Positions 48,202 to 59,012 of a stretch of 64,000 nt of DNA are shown here, in pieces. The DNA is taken from assembly GCA_965205025.1 (NCBI GenBank), contig CBDBFU010000001.1, positions 1 to 64,000 of the forward strand, written 5' to 3'. Position numbers and translations under genes: made by a program. The stretch comes from Candidatus Poribacteria bacterium. Its GTDB lineage: Bacteria; Poribacteria; WGA-4E; WGA-3G. The notes under the pieces were generated by a model. That model was given only the letters and a program-made list of their open reading frames with translations. It was not told the origin of the DNA and did not search any database. Every line of letters begins with the position of its first letter. The stretch's first letter is position 1.

Positions 48202-48229
48202 TTATATTAATATGCTTATATTAATATGC
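48202..48229. repeat. Tandem 14-bp repeat TTATATTAATATGC x2, each containing the palindrome ATATTAATAT
   Basis: Seen directly 24-51 bp upstream of the MTase operon start. Confidence 0.8.
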
Positions 48230-48479
48230 TCGGATTGCTAATGGACTTTTACCTTCATAAATTGCCAACATCCATTTTGCTGTATACTGTTCAGTCTACA
48301 AATTAAAACAGTGCCTATCTATACTTTTATGATATCAGATCTTTGATTGTAAACTTTGTGCCAAGAACAATATTTCTTCAATGTTGTCTACAGTCTAATA
48401 GGTGGGTATTGGGAGCAACTTATTAATGAATTCTGAGTTTGAATTTGTTAAGTTATTCCATGTATAGTATAGGTTTAAA

Positions 48480-49352
48480 TCAACGCGTAAGGGCATACGC
48501 TACGACATTCATGCCTTGTTCAAATGCCCAAATCCGCTGCTCATCACCGCCGGGACTACACTGTCTACCTTCCCATGCACAATTCAGATCGCTGGGACAG
48601 AAGTAGACAATCACTTTATCATCATCCATGATCGCTTCATCATAATCGGCTATACCTCGAATGAGTTTATCACCACCGAGATATTCATTATGTTCATAGA
48701 GTGTATGATAAATCTTATGGCTTAGATCCAACCGTTCAAACTTCTTTTCAGGAAAAACGCGACGCATCATTTCATAGACATGTAGACGCAATCCGCCTCT
48801 ACCACCATTCAAACGTGCATCACAATCCTCAACATGGAGGAAACCACCACGTTCGAAATATTCACGAAGTTTCTTAACTTGGTCATTTGATAATTGAATC
48901 CCTCGGTGTCCCGTCATAAAAAGGAACGGATAGTTAAATAACCAAGAGTCGTCTATATCAACATAGAATGGATTCCTGCGAACATCAACATCAATAGACG
49001 TTGACTCAGCCAGGATCTGTGTAAATTTTAGATCGGAAGGCCAACGATAGTAATTTACGATATTGGTGTACCAGTCACCTCCAGGATATTTAAGACGTAC
49101 GAAAGCGAATTTTTCTCCTGTTGGATCCATACCTGGGTGATGATGGTCTATGATTCCGTAGTCTGTACCGTAGTGTTGATCTCGCTTAGCATCGTAAGGA
49201 ATATATTCACGAAAACCCCATTGTGCATCAGCTGCGTGGAGTAGTGAACCGCCAGCAATCGCGGAAGCTGCAATGCCTACAGTGTTCTTAATAAACGAAC
49301 GACGAGAGAGATGGTGATCGGTTTTTACTATATGTTTCTTTTCTTTTGACAT
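48480..49352 (-). CDS. DUF4159 domain protein with Tat signal
   Basis: SRRSFIK twin-arginine; FVRLKY.GGDW, YPFLFMTGH, LREYFERGGFL, DL.CAWE, GMNVVAYALT. Confidence 0.85.
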   Translation of the reverse strand: MSKEKKHIVKTDHHLSRRSFIKNTVGIAASAIAGGSLLHAADAQWGFREYIPYDAKRDQHYGTDYGIIDHHHPGMDPTGEKFAFVRLKYPGGDWYTNIVNYYRWPSDLKFTQILAESTSIDVDVRRNPFYVDIDDSWLFNYPFLFMTGHRGIQLSNDQVKKLREYFERGGFLHVEDCDARLNGGRGGLRLHVYEMMRRVFPEKKFERLDLSHKIYHTLYEHNEYLGGDKLIRGIADYDEAIMDDDKVIVYFCPSDLNCAWEGRQCSPGGDEQRIWAFEQGMNVVAYALTR

Positions 49353-49543
49353 CCCTTATCCTCCAAGATCCGGTTTAATTCTCGTCTTGAAAAGTCTCTA
49401 ATTATTCCCTAATGTTATATAATACTATCAGATGATTTCTTCAGAATTCTCTTCTTACAGACGTTCACTATTTCTGTTATTTTTTACATTTTAACATATT
49501 CATAAACATATATCAATATAATCTTGATTAACTCCGAACTCGT

Positions 49544-51112
49544 CTATTGTGCTTTCTTTTTTGATGCATCCTTGTCGCGTGGAAATATTAGAATAGCATC
49601 AGAGATGGAACGACCGTAATCTCTTGGGATTGGTCTAATCCGAAGATTACCACGGCCATACTTTCTTTGTTCAACGACCTCGTTTTTGGCTGGCTCCTTG
49701 CCTTCTACAGTACGTTTTCTCTTGGTTGATTCTTCTTGTGATTTTTCTTCAGCAGTCTGCTTTTTTGTAGTAGATGATTGTCTCTCAGCAATATCTTTTC
49801 TTAGTTTATCTGTGTTATCTGATTCTGATGAATCTTTCTTTTGTTTATCGTCTGTTTGTTTTTCGTTTTTCGTGAGTTCAGGTTTCTTCTCGTCACGTTT
49901 CGATTTATCTTTAGAGGATGACTTCGCCTCTTTAGGTTTCAGTTTTATACTCACAACCCTATTCCGAATTACCATCATAGATGAAGATCCCCCATCCAGA
50001 TTAATCGCATCCGTAGCTTCCCACTCCTGAAACAGTTTACCAAGCTTGGGTAATGTCACACCCCGACGAACACCCGGTGCAGCGCCTGTAATCGTTACAA
50101 ACAGAAGTGTTCCATCTGCTTTTTTACCTATTGCGGTACGGGGATGCGGGAAACCGTAAAATGAACCCTGAAACCCTTCACGTTTGTAGGCGTCTTTAGT
50201 AGAAATTACACCATTTCGCAATAGCAACGGTCCACCCCCAATTACATGTGATAGACCTTCCCATAATTTACTTTCGCCGACTACTTCCGGGATTACCGTT
50301 TCACGAATTTTTACGGTGTCCCCCAGTTTAAGTTGGGATAGCAACATTTCACGTTTCTTGCCGTGTGCTGAAAGAACATACCCATTCGTCGGAATACGGG
50401 AACTCCCCTGACCATCACGAATATCTATTATTTTGTTGTTTTGGATGACTACTTCAATACCATCAGGATTTGTCAAGGTAATTGCATGGAAATCGGGTCG
50501 ATAAAGGATTAATTCATTGCTCAAACGACCACGATTTATACCATTAATTTCAGCTGCGGATTCATCCTTGAAAACCAATTCGTGACGAAGAATTACTCTG
50601 TCTATATATGATTCTATTTTATTATCAACGGTTTTGAATCCAAATACCCCTCTTCCCTGTTCAGGTTCACTTATCCATTCCCCATCAATTTTCAATGCCC
50701 CAACAGATTCCCCACGAAATTGACCAGCCATTTCGAAGAAGCTACCATTTAGAGCAATAGGTGCTTTATGTCTCGACGCAAATGAACGTAGATATTCTGT
50801 ACCAATCCCCGCACTTAATGCACGATATAGTCCAACGTTTGCAGCATCTGGTGATATAGCAAGGATGTTTGTTAGAACACCGTCGTCTAATATCTGCCGA
50901 TGTATAATACCCGGAAAGATCTGCTTCGTCTCATCAGTTTTTATAGGATCGGTATAGGACTTGAAATAATTGGGTATTTTCTCAAACCGCACCTCTCTCC
51001 CTACCCATATACCGATACCGAACCAACACAACAAACCAATTATCGTGAATGTACGTGGGTAGCGTTTGATAAACCCTATGAATCGTCTTATCAAGTAAAC
51101 AATATCAAACAT
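49544..51112 (-). CDS. Phosphodiester glycosidase (NAGPA-like) family protein
   Basis: ALNGSFF, GGGPLLL, HPRTAIG, AINLDGGSSS; N-terminal TM; charged insertion near the C-terminus. Confidence 0.87.
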   Translation of the reverse strand: MFDIVYLIRRFIGFIKRYPRTFTIIGLLCWFGIGIWVGREVRFEKIPNYFKSYTDPIKTDETKQIFPGIIHRQILDDGVLTNILAISPDAANVGLYRALSAGIGTEYLRSFASRHKAPIALNGSFFEMAGQFRGESVGALKIDGEWISEPEQGRGVFGFKTVDNKIESYIDRVILRHELVFKDESAAEINGINRGRLSNELILYRPDFHAITLTNPDGIEVVIQNNKIIDIRDGQGSSRIPTNGYVLSAHGKKREMLLSQLKLGDTVKIRETVIPEVVGESKLWEGLSHVIGGGPLLLRNGVISTKDAYKREGFQGSFYGFPHPRTAIGKKADGTLLFVTITGAAPGVRRGVTLPKLGKLFQEWEATDAINLDGGSSSMMVIRNRVVSIKLKPKEAKSSSKDKSKRDEKKPELTKNEKQTDDKQKKDSSESDNTDKLRKDIAERQSSTTKKQTAEEKSQEESTKRKRTVEGKEPAKNEVVEQRKYGRGNLRIRPIPRDYGRSISDAILIFPRDKDASKKKAQ

Positions 51113-51229
51113 TTTTCTATTTAATGAATACTTACGTTTCTATTTTTAGTAATGAACATGTCTACTTTTTACAAATGAAACTCTTCTGTAAGAACGAATT
51201 CAACTTTCGCCACAATTCAACATTCCATA

Positions 51230-52630
51230 CTACGATCCCAATGCATTCATTCGACTTTCCCATTCATCGCATGTCGCATGCGTACCTCGTACTGCTGCAC
51301 CAATATAATTAGTTGGCGCACGGAGTGCTTCACGTTGTGGTTCCGTCAACTTATCCAAGAACGGTTTAAATGTTTCATCTTCCCATAGTAAGGTTGTCAA
51401 GCTTTTTCCAGTCTCATGTACTTGTGCAATTAACTTTCGTGTATGGTCATAGGCATCTGGAAATCCGTAATATGCCATCAATAGGTAAATGGGTTCAGCA
51501 ATCGTATCCTCTGCACTCATATCAAGGTTGCGTTGCATGTTTTCTGCCTTAACATCCATCTCATCTAAGGCACGACGAAGTCGATAAATTGAATAATCAA
51601 AAGCAGTAACCAACTCTGTTAAAAATCTGCTTGAAGCACTATTCGTTAGATCTCGTTGGTGTTCCAAAATACTATCCAAAAATACTGTTTGCATTCGAGG
51701 TACAAAAGCTTTCCATAAACTTTTAATATTCTCATACGCCTCTGGATTTACTTTGTGCGGCATTGTTGATGAACCTACCAGTTGAGGATTATACTTCCTA
51801 CCGACTTCAGCAATTTCTGTGCGATACAGATGTCGCATATCATCTGCAAAATTCGCAAGTACGGTATATGCGGCTGTAATCTGATATGCCAAATCAGAAA
51901 TAAATTCCGGTTCCACACACTGTGTGGATGTATGTGTATCTGAAGGTTTCAGGTCAAGTAGCTTTAAGAAATCCGCCTCGATCTGTTCTGGCTTATCATG
52001 GATTAGTGCCAGTCCGTTAAATGCCCCTACTGCTCCTGAGAATTGTCCGCGTAGATTTTCTCCAGCCTCATGTATTTTCTCAATTCGAGTGCCAAGACGG
52101 CTGATATAGAGTGCCAATGCATACCCGAATGTTGTAGGCTCAGCGTGTTGTCCATGTGTTCTTCCAATCTGAGGTGTTTCAGCATGTTCACGAGCCAATT
52201 CAATTAGTTGCTTTTCCAATGCAATCAGGTCAGGAACGATAACGTCAGCAATCAAGGCTTTAAAACGCAAGGAAGTAGCAGTATCCAAGATATCTGCAGA
52301 AGTCGCAAATAGATGTACGTAGGGACGCGCTTCCGGACTTATCTTACTCCGAATGACATTCACAAGGGATCGGATATTGTGCCGGATACGTCTCTGTTCT
52401 TCATATACATCCTCTGCTGTGACCAGATCGACAGCTTGTTCAACTTCATCGGCAATTGCATCTGAACAGACACCGTATTTGGCGAGGGTACGCACCAACG
52501 CTGCCTCCACCTTCGCCTGATAAGTCACATATCCTGCCTCAGAAACATAGGGCAGAAGCCGTTTCATAAAAGCATCATCACCGCCATAATATCTAAAATC
52601 CAACGGACTAACGGCTTCATAAAGCTCCAT
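51230..52630 (-). CDS. purB: Adenylosuccinate lyase
   Basis: AVSPLDFRY, H..ATS.DI.DTA, GRTHGQHAEPTT.G, GSSTMPHKVNP, HQRDLTNS. Confidence 0.93.
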   Translation of the reverse strand: MELYEAVSPLDFRYYGGDDAFMKRLLPYVSEAGYVTYQAKVEAALVRTLAKYGVCSDAIADEVEQAVDLVTAEDVYEEQRRIRHNIRSLVNVIRSKISPEARPYVHLFATSADILDTATSLRFKALIADVIVPDLIALEKQLIELAREHAETPQIGRTHGQHAEPTTFGYALALYISRLGTRIEKIHEAGENLRGQFSGAVGAFNGLALIHDKPEQIEADFLKLLDLKPSDTHTSTQCVEPEFISDLAYQITAAYTVLANFADDMRHLYRTEIAEVGRKYNPQLVGSSTMPHKVNPEAYENIKSLWKAFVPRMQTVFLDSILEHQRDLTNSASSRFLTELVTAFDYSIYRLRRALDEMDVKAENMQRNLDMSAEDTIAEPIYLLMAYYGFPDAYDHTRKLIAQVHETGKSLTTLLWEDETFKPFLDKLTEPQREALRAPTNYIGAAVRGTHATCDEWESRMNALGS

Positions 52631-52842
52631 AGTACACTTTTCTCCATTTCGGTCAGGTAAATAAGGTATACGTACTACCTAAGCACGCATTAACGGTATT
52701 TCTAAAGAACGTAGAAACTTTTCTAATTATACGTTAAAACTAAGGGTGTGTAAACACATTTATGGTTATTCGTTTTTAGTTTATGGTTGCTGAGTTCCAT
52801 TTAAGGATACCTTGTTTAAGAATGAATGATATTGAATTCTCC

Positions 52843-52941
52843 AATTTTATTTTCATTATGATAAATATTCCAAATTTATTTTTGTTTTTGTGATATATGT
52901 ATATTAGTTGTTAGAAATGAAGTTATTCTTCATTTTATTTT
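52843..52941. repeat. Dispersed non-coding module B, copy 2
   Basis: TGTTTTTGTGATATATGTATATTAGTTGTTAGA core shared with 61729-61824 and the reverse complement of 8925-9016. Confidence 0.8.
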
Positions 52942-53221
52942 GAGTTTTAAAGAAAGAAATGAGTGAAATTAGATATGGATAGGGTTTACACTAAGAATAG
53001 GTGTTTACAATTAATGCTAACAACTTTCCACTCCGCTAAACGCATGAAGTTTGAATAAGTAGCATATATATGATATACTTGTTTCAAGTTATGTGGATGG
53101 AGAATAGCGATGCAGCAACAGAAAGAGTTTCCATTCCTGTGATGGTGATGGGGTCCTAATTAATGAATGGTAATGTTCCATTTTAGAATAAACATCAGAT
53201 GCGTTCCTATACAAATATACA

Positions 53222-54013
53222 ATGGTAATAAGCATGGATATCTTAGACGATTTCAATTTCAAACAGAAAAAGTATATTCCCACCTTTCCAAAAGCCAGTG
53301 GAAATCCGACTGTTTATATTGAAGGCTACCCTTTTGAGGACGATGAACCTATGGCAGCAACTGGATTTCACGGGGAACAGATTAGCACGTTTTACCATCA
53401 ATTTTCGACTTATTTTGATATTGATCCACATATTCATATTGGGATTGACAGTTTTATCTATTATCGTGAAGGGGACATCACTAAGTTTGTCGCACCAGAT
53501 ATTTTCGTTGTCTTTGGTGTAGCTAAGAATCCGTTACGTCGTAGTTTTTACACATGGGCGGAAGGAGCGGTCCCTACTGCTGTTTTTGAATTTCTATCCG
53601 ATTCAACTGCACACCATGACCGAGATGAAAAAGTGAGTATATATCTGAAGGATATAGGGGTTCAGGAATACTTCATCCATCAACCTGAAATGGATAAACC
53701 GTCAGAGTTTTGTGGGTGGGAGCGAAATTCTTCCGGTGATATCATGAAGATTGAGCAAGATGTTCATGGTGGTATATTTAGCAAGGCATTGAATCTTTGG
53801 TTACGATGGGAAGAACAAGAAGATACCCATGTAAGACTTCTACGTCCATTTCTGCCGGATGGCACACCGATAACGACGCCTAAGGAAGATAAACACCTTC
53901 TGATACAGGCTGAAGCGAAGGCTGTAGAAGAAACAGAACGTCGACAAGAATTGGAAGCAGAAATAGAGAAGCTCCAAGCACAACTTGCCGAATCAAAAAA
54001 CCTGACTAAATAA
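53222..54013 (+). CDS. Uma2-family (DUF820) endonuclease
   Basis: YP..D.EPMA...H, FVAPDIFVV, VFEFLS.ST...D, GVQEYF; coiled-coil tail. Confidence 0.9.
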   Translation: MVISMDILDDFNFKQKKYIPTFPKASGNPTVYIEGYPFEDDEPMAATGFHGEQISTFYHQFSTYFDIDPHIHIGIDSFIYYREGDITKFVAPDIFVVFGVAKNPLRRSFYTWAEGAVPTAVFEFLSDSTAHHDRDEKVSIYLKDIGVQEYFIHQPEMDKPSEFCGWERNSSGDIMKIEQDVHGGIFSKALNLWLRWEEQEDTHVRLLRPFLPDGTPITTPKEDKHLLIQAEAKAVEETERRQELEAEIEKLQAQLAESKNLTK

Positions 54014-54230
54014 CTTCATTCCTCAGCACATTACAACCTATCCAACTTTACATAAAATTTCTATCATTTAAATCGGATAAACCTTGGTATCTGATTTCGT
54101 AGACGTATCAATTTTTCGATGAATTCTGATGTAGTGTTCCTAAACGTGCTGGTAATATAAATGCTTAAAAATATCACTCAATACAAGCGTCTTACGAAAC
54201 GCAGGTATTGAGTGATAGTAAATAAAAAGA

Positions 54231-54803
54231 TTATTCAGATAGGGTTATGACACCACAACTAACTTGTTTACCGTTTTCTAATAAATCGTCAGAGTCAATT
54301 TGCTCGTGAAGGACTAATACTTTACCGTTTATATCGGCTATATCAATGTCAACGGTATAACTACGCTGTCCAGTTCCATCATCATTAGCTATAAAAGAAT
54401 AGGCGGTGTACCCATCATCATTCCAGATGGTTCCAGGCGTGCTACAACTGTTTCCTGTATAGATATATGCAGCATACTTACGTCCCGCTACAGCGTTCTG
54501 AATTTCAATATCAAAGTTCTTAATTGACGTTGATCCTGCTTCCGAATCTGAATTTACATACTCCTTAAAAGTTGCAGTGCCGGAGATCCAAGTTGCATCC
54601 TTCTCATTGAGGGTTACCGTAATTGTTCTTTTTACCTCAAGTATTGGATCGACAAATGCGTCAAGAAGTGCTGTTGTTGAGATATTGTCGCAACCTGTAA
54701 TGCAACTTCCCGTGAGGATAAGAATAGTTAACATGCATAACGGTATGTTTTTTAACCGTAATATGTTCTGTATATCAATAATAGACAGTAATTTTTTGTA
54801 CAT
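54231..54803 (-). CDS. Lipoprotein with a Cu/Zn-SOD-like fold lacking the copper His ligands
   Basis: Lipobox ITGC; SGTATF, KYAAYIY.G.SC, INGKVLVLHE..D.DDL...GKQVSCGVI. Confidence 0.6.
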   Translation of the reverse strand: MYKKLLSIIDIQNILRLKNIPLCMLTILILTGSCITGCDNISTTALLDAFVDPILEVKRTITVTLNEKDATWISGTATFKEYVNSDSEAGSTSIKNFDIEIQNAVAGRKYAAYIYTGNSCSTPGTIWNDDGYTAYSFIANDDGTGQRSYTVDIDIADINGKVLVLHEQIDSDDLLENGKQVSCGVITLSE

Positions 54804-55100
54804 TTTAATATGTTCCTTTCTTACGCCATAATTTGGCTTGTTTGGTTTAGTTTATTCTCCACTTAAGAGTTGTAGTGGATTTAATAAACGACATGCCTTA
54901 ACGAGGATGCTTTGAGTTCAACTGAGTGTATCTATGGTATTACCATAGATTTCAATAGTTATAGGTGCGGAGGTTTTTAGTCTCTCCGCAGGACTCAAAC
55001 TTAATTTCGTTTTAGCATTTTTATTTAGTGGATTCTTTCTCTACACGCGTCCACTTGTCGCGAGTCCTTGAATGTTTACGGTGAAGTAAACATATTTTAT

Positions 55101-58094
55101 TTAATAATGTGAATGGTCTGCAAGTTTAGTAATTTGCAAACCACTGTTTTCTGTGCCGACATAAAGTGTACCATTTAAGACAGCGATAGAAGTCGCATCG
55201 TCTGGAATTTCTGGTGTTCTCCGTTCCCATGTGTCATATTCACTTGTAAATTGATAGACCCCGCCGTGTTTATTTTTAGAAGAACTTACAGCATATAAAA
55301 CCGTTCCATCCATCACAAAACGATCAAATACGAGTTGTTGTCCACTTGAATTGGTGATGATGTTCCATTTAATCCCATCATTTGAATATAAAGCTTCTTT
55401 GTCAGTTGCTATCCAAACAACTTCGTCAGTGATATGTATCTGCTTAAAAGCTTCAACAGAAATCGGTAAAGAAACTATTTCCCAGTTTTTACCGCTATCA
55501 ACGGAATGTAGCAGTACACCATCCGGAATACCTACGTAGACAGTATCACCAGAAACGCCTAACGTAAACGAAGTAAGAGGGTCCATTATTGCGAAGTTAC
55601 GAGTATCCTCGATTTTAGTGTCATACCAACTTGCGTCGTTATTGACTTGTGATGAAGCGTGCCAAATTAGAAGTCTCCGTCTGTGCTCAACATAGAATCT
55701 GTTCTCACTAATAGCAAATGCTCCTAAAAAAACTCTGTTCATAATTCCTGATAGCATATTTTTCTCACCAAGGGTAGGCACATTTTGTATCGGGATAAGT
55801 ACTTGATTGTACTTGTCTAAACGGAAAAAATGTATTTGTAAGTCTATAAATCCTTTTCCATAGAGAACTCCATCTGCTTTTATTATTTGCCGGATATCTG
55901 TTAATTGTTGTATTTTTTCATAAGTCAAGGGGATTTCCTTGGTAAAGAAGGTCGTATTCATATCATCTGCATTTACTGGAATTGTTTCCCAAGATTGTCC
56001 ACCATCGGTTGATGTAATAAGTTTCTCATTTGCAATTGCATAGAGCTTATTATTAAAGGCAGTTAGATTTTCTATTTTGCCACCTAATCCGTAGTTAAAA
56101 TGTTTCCACGATGAGCCTGCATCGGTTGACCGATGAATTCCTTTATCATTCCCTACGTAGTATTGATATTTGACATTTGTAGATTGCTGTTGAGTAGAAG
56201 TATTATTGTTACTTTGCACTTTTAAAACAGCAACGGGACTTTGACCAAACGACTTCCCTATTGGTGTTGCTTTATCCACAGATACCCAAGTATTACCTTC
56301 ATCATTTGATCGTAAAGTGTGCTGTCCTATTAATATAACCGTTTTTTCAGCAGCAACAATCGTGAGTTTTGCGGTCCCCTGATTTCTATCAAAACCGTCT
56401 TTTGGTGTTATGTCTGTCCACGATTCGCCATAATCTGTTGACCTGAACACTGCCCACAATGGTTGTTTACCAAGCACAGCTTTGAACGAACCTATGAGTC
56501 TTATATCAGATGAAATTCCGAGGAGTCCTGCAAGAAGATAAAGACGGTGGTCTGAAACTTTTATGGCATGAATAGACAGAGATTCCGCTACTGGTAATTG
56601 TTTCCACACATCTGATTTATCGCTCCCATTTGCTAAACTTGGTTCCAGAATTAAGCGAAAAAGACCTCTATCGGTACCAGCAAATAATGTGTTTTCAATG
56701 GATGTGATTACATAGACTTTTCTTAATGCTAAACCTTTATTTAAAGGTGTCCAAGACGATCCTGCATCATCAGAGAAGAAGATCCCTCGTAGTAGTCCGA
56801 TATATATATCAATAGAGCCTTCAGCATTATCCTTTACAATCAAACCTCTAACCTCTCCTTTCGGATGGGAACAGAGAGATTTCCAAGTTTTACCTTTGTC
56901 TTCCGATGTGAGTATTGCCTCATCAGTTGGAATGTAAAGAATGCCATTGTGTTCTACTATCGACGTTGAAATATCTGAAGTAGGGAGTTTATTATTAACT
57001 AAATTCCATTTTTCGTTATTATCTGCCATTCGATAAAGTCCTATTGGCGTCATGGCATAAATATCGTTTGTCTTAGTTGAAGATAGTGTGGATACTTTTA
57101 CTGCTTCCGGACTATCACGTTGAGTCCACTGTTGTGTTAATAGTGGTGTCTCTATTGTAGGTGTTTGGTCTCCCTCGGTAAGATCTGTCTCCTTAGGTGT
57201 ATCCAATTTATCTACAGTACCCCGACTTCTACTGGGAGTATCTGTGTTCCCGGTTTGATTGTGAGGATCAGATTTGATTTTACGTGTAAGATTAATTGGT
57301 GCCTCAATGATCTCAACCATTAACTCTGAATCGGAGTTAATATCATAAGGTTGGGAAAAGGTAGATAAGAATTGTATTCCAAATCCGATCAACAAAAGAA
57401 CTAAAATGGCAGAGGTGGTAGAAACAACCCACGGTAGAAATGGCTTATTGCTTGAAGGGGTTGCAGGATTGATTTTTGAGATTTCCTTCGTTATGTTCTC
57501 TACCAAATTGGTGCTGGGTATTAGACTACTGAAGTGTTCTTGAATTATCGCTTCCTCTTTCTTCAGACGATTACGCGCTCGATTAAGTCGACTTTTTACC
57601 GTATTCAATGACACACCGAGCATTTTGCTAATTGACTCACAGGTCATTTCTCCAAGGTAATGGAGCGTCATAACTGTGCGTTCACTTTCCGGTAGTTTTT
57701 TGAGCAGCTTTTCTACAATTTCGCGTAAGGTTTCAGTTGTCTCTGTGTCTCGTTTGTCTATCATGTATCGTGTATGAGATACTTGATCAATCTCTGAGAT
57801 ATCAGTATTTTCTAAAGATTGTATTGGTAGATGTTTCTTTCGGTGCCATTCAGTACATAGGTGTGATGCGATAACATATATCCATCCTGGGAATAAGCTA
57901 TGATCTTTTAAGGTTCTTAGCCTTTTATATGCCCGTAGAAAAGTATCTTGTGTGATTTCTTCAGCGATATGAAAATCCCCAATTTTACGCCACACAAGCG
58001 CGTGAATTCCTTTATGGTATTTTTCAACGAGTTTGGTAAATGCTGTTTGATCGCCGTCTAATGTGTATTGAATTAATTCAGAATCATTATTCAC
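55101..58094 (-). CDS. ECF sigma factor fused to a TM helix and a large extracytoplasmic BNR beta-propeller
   Basis: N-terminal AEEITQDTFLRAY...WIYVIA, LPESERTV...TVKSRLNRARNRL; TM PWVV...LLIGFG; many S.D.G.TW repeats; GTG at 58094 with GGAGA RBS. Confidence 0.9.
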   Translation of the reverse strand: MNNDSELIQYTLDGDQTAFTKLVEKYHKGIHALVWRKIGDFHIAEEITQDTFLRAYKRLRTLKDHSLFPGWIYVIASHLCTEWHRKKHLPIQSLENTDISEIDQVSHTRYMIDKRDTETTETLREIVEKLLKKLPESERTVMTLHYLGEMTCESISKMLGVSLNTVKSRLNRARNRLKKEEAIIQEHFSSLIPSTNLVENITKEISKINPATPSSNKPFLPWVVSTTSAILVLLLIGFGIQFLSTFSQPYDINSDSELMVEIIEAPINLTRKIKSDPHNQTGNTDTPSRSRGTVDKLDTPKETDLTEGDQTPTIETPLLTQQWTQRDSPEAVKVSTLSSTKTNDIYAMTPIGLYRMADNNEKWNLVNNKLPTSDISTSIVEHNGILYIPTDEAILTSEDKGKTWKSLCSHPKGEVRGLIVKDNAEGSIDIYIGLLRGIFFSDDAGSSWTPLNKGLALRKVYVITSIENTLFAGTDRGLFRLILEPSLANGSDKSDVWKQLPVAESLSIHAIKVSDHRLYLLAGLLGISSDIRLIGSFKAVLGKQPLWAVFRSTDYGESWTDITPKDGFDRNQGTAKLTIVAAEKTVILIGQHTLRSNDEGNTWVSVDKATPIGKSFGQSPVAVLKVQSNNNTSTQQQSTNVKYQYYVGNDKGIHRSTDAGSSWKHFNYGLGGKIENLTAFNNKLYAIANEKLITSTDGGQSWETIPVNADDMNTTFFTKEIPLTYEKIQQLTDIRQIIKADGVLYGKGFIDLQIHFFRLDKYNQVLIPIQNVPTLGEKNMLSGIMNRVFLGAFAISENRFYVEHRRRLLIWHASSQVNNDASWYDTKIEDTRNFAIMDPLTSFTLGVSGDTVYVGIPDGVLLHSVDSGKNWEIVSLPISVEAFKQIHITDEVVWIATDKEALYSNDGIKWNIITNSSGQQLVFDRFVMDGTVLYAVSSSKNKHGGVYQFTSEYDTWERRTPEIPDDATSIAVLNGTLYVGTENSGLQITKLADHSHY

Positions 58095-58132
58095 CTTAAT
58101 TCTCCGTAGTATCCTAACCACTTAATTTAAGT

Positions 58133-58160
58133 GACGAGTTTTGAATTAAAAAAGGTTGCA
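58133..58160 (-). promoter_or_regulatory. Putative ECF promoter TGCAAC-N17-TCGTC
   Basis: Minus strand tgcaac-cttttttaattcaaaac-tcgtc, about 40 bp upstream of the sigma start. Confidence 0.5.
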
Positions 58161-58468
58161 TTATTTTCAAGTTGTAAATTATAACGTGAATTCGGTATAA
58201 GGAATTTTACCTTTCGACGTTGTATTCTTTTCTGTCAAAATCACGGTTTACACGGATTACACTGATAAGAGGTATTGTCTATCAGAATGCACTTTAGCAG
58301 GCTGGAATAGGTTTGTACGGGAGGGTTGTTGACAGTAAACTAACAGTTTGCTGTACAAAGAGGTGGTTTTTCTGAATCACGGATTGCATTGATAAAAGGT
58401 CGTGCCTAATAGAATTCACTTGTGGAGATTAGGTGAATCCGTATTTCCGTATGTTGCTTAGTCTTTGT

Positions 58469-58978
58469 CTATCTATATAACTTTGAAAGTATATATGCAC
58501 CTGTTGGTGCCCCGACCAGACATCCACCAAGTGCCCAATTAAACTGTATTTTTCTTGTTTTGACTTTGTAGGCATCAAAGTAAAATGCCACATATTCAGG
58601 GGATTTACCGAGAACCCGGCCAGTAGGCGTAAAGGGTTGGTACCGTTGGGAAAGAATAGGACCAATCACAGGGAAAAAACATCCTGTACTAAACCAGAAA
58701 GTTCTATTGAGATGTGCAACGGCATCTTTTTCACCGTCACTTATGGCTTGTTCTGCAACGGACTTTAGTTCTTCTATATCCTTCGGTGATTCCTCAACTT
58801 CAACGATTTTATACTGTTTCGTTTCTATAACATGGTACTTTTTCTTAGCTCCATCCACATCTATTGTAACCTCATCATTGCCTTTACTAAGACTGTACAT
58901 AGGTAGACTAAGAATTAAGACAGTTATAAGGAATCCAGATAATTTGAAATGATAATTTATTTTCATTATCTTCTCCAT
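58469..58978 (-). CDS. Hypothetical membrane/secreted protein
   Basis: Signal peptide, DGEKDA, two C-terminal hydrophobic segments. Confidence 0.7.
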   Translation of the reverse strand: MEKIMKINYHFKLSGFLITVLILSLPMYSLSKGNDEVTIDVDGAKKKYHVIETKQYKIVEVEESPKDIEELKSVAEQAISDGEKDAVAHLNRTFWFSTGCFFPVIGPILSQRYQPFTPTGRVLGKSPEYVAFYFDAYKVKTRKIQFNWALGGCLVGAPTGAYILSKLYR

Positions 58979-59012
58979 TTAGATACATGTAAGGTATTGG
59001 GGCAAGAGCCAA

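Noticed and set aside
53222-54013. Uma2 nuclease as a novel defence gene
   Set aside because: A common, highly paralogous family with no partner gene here.
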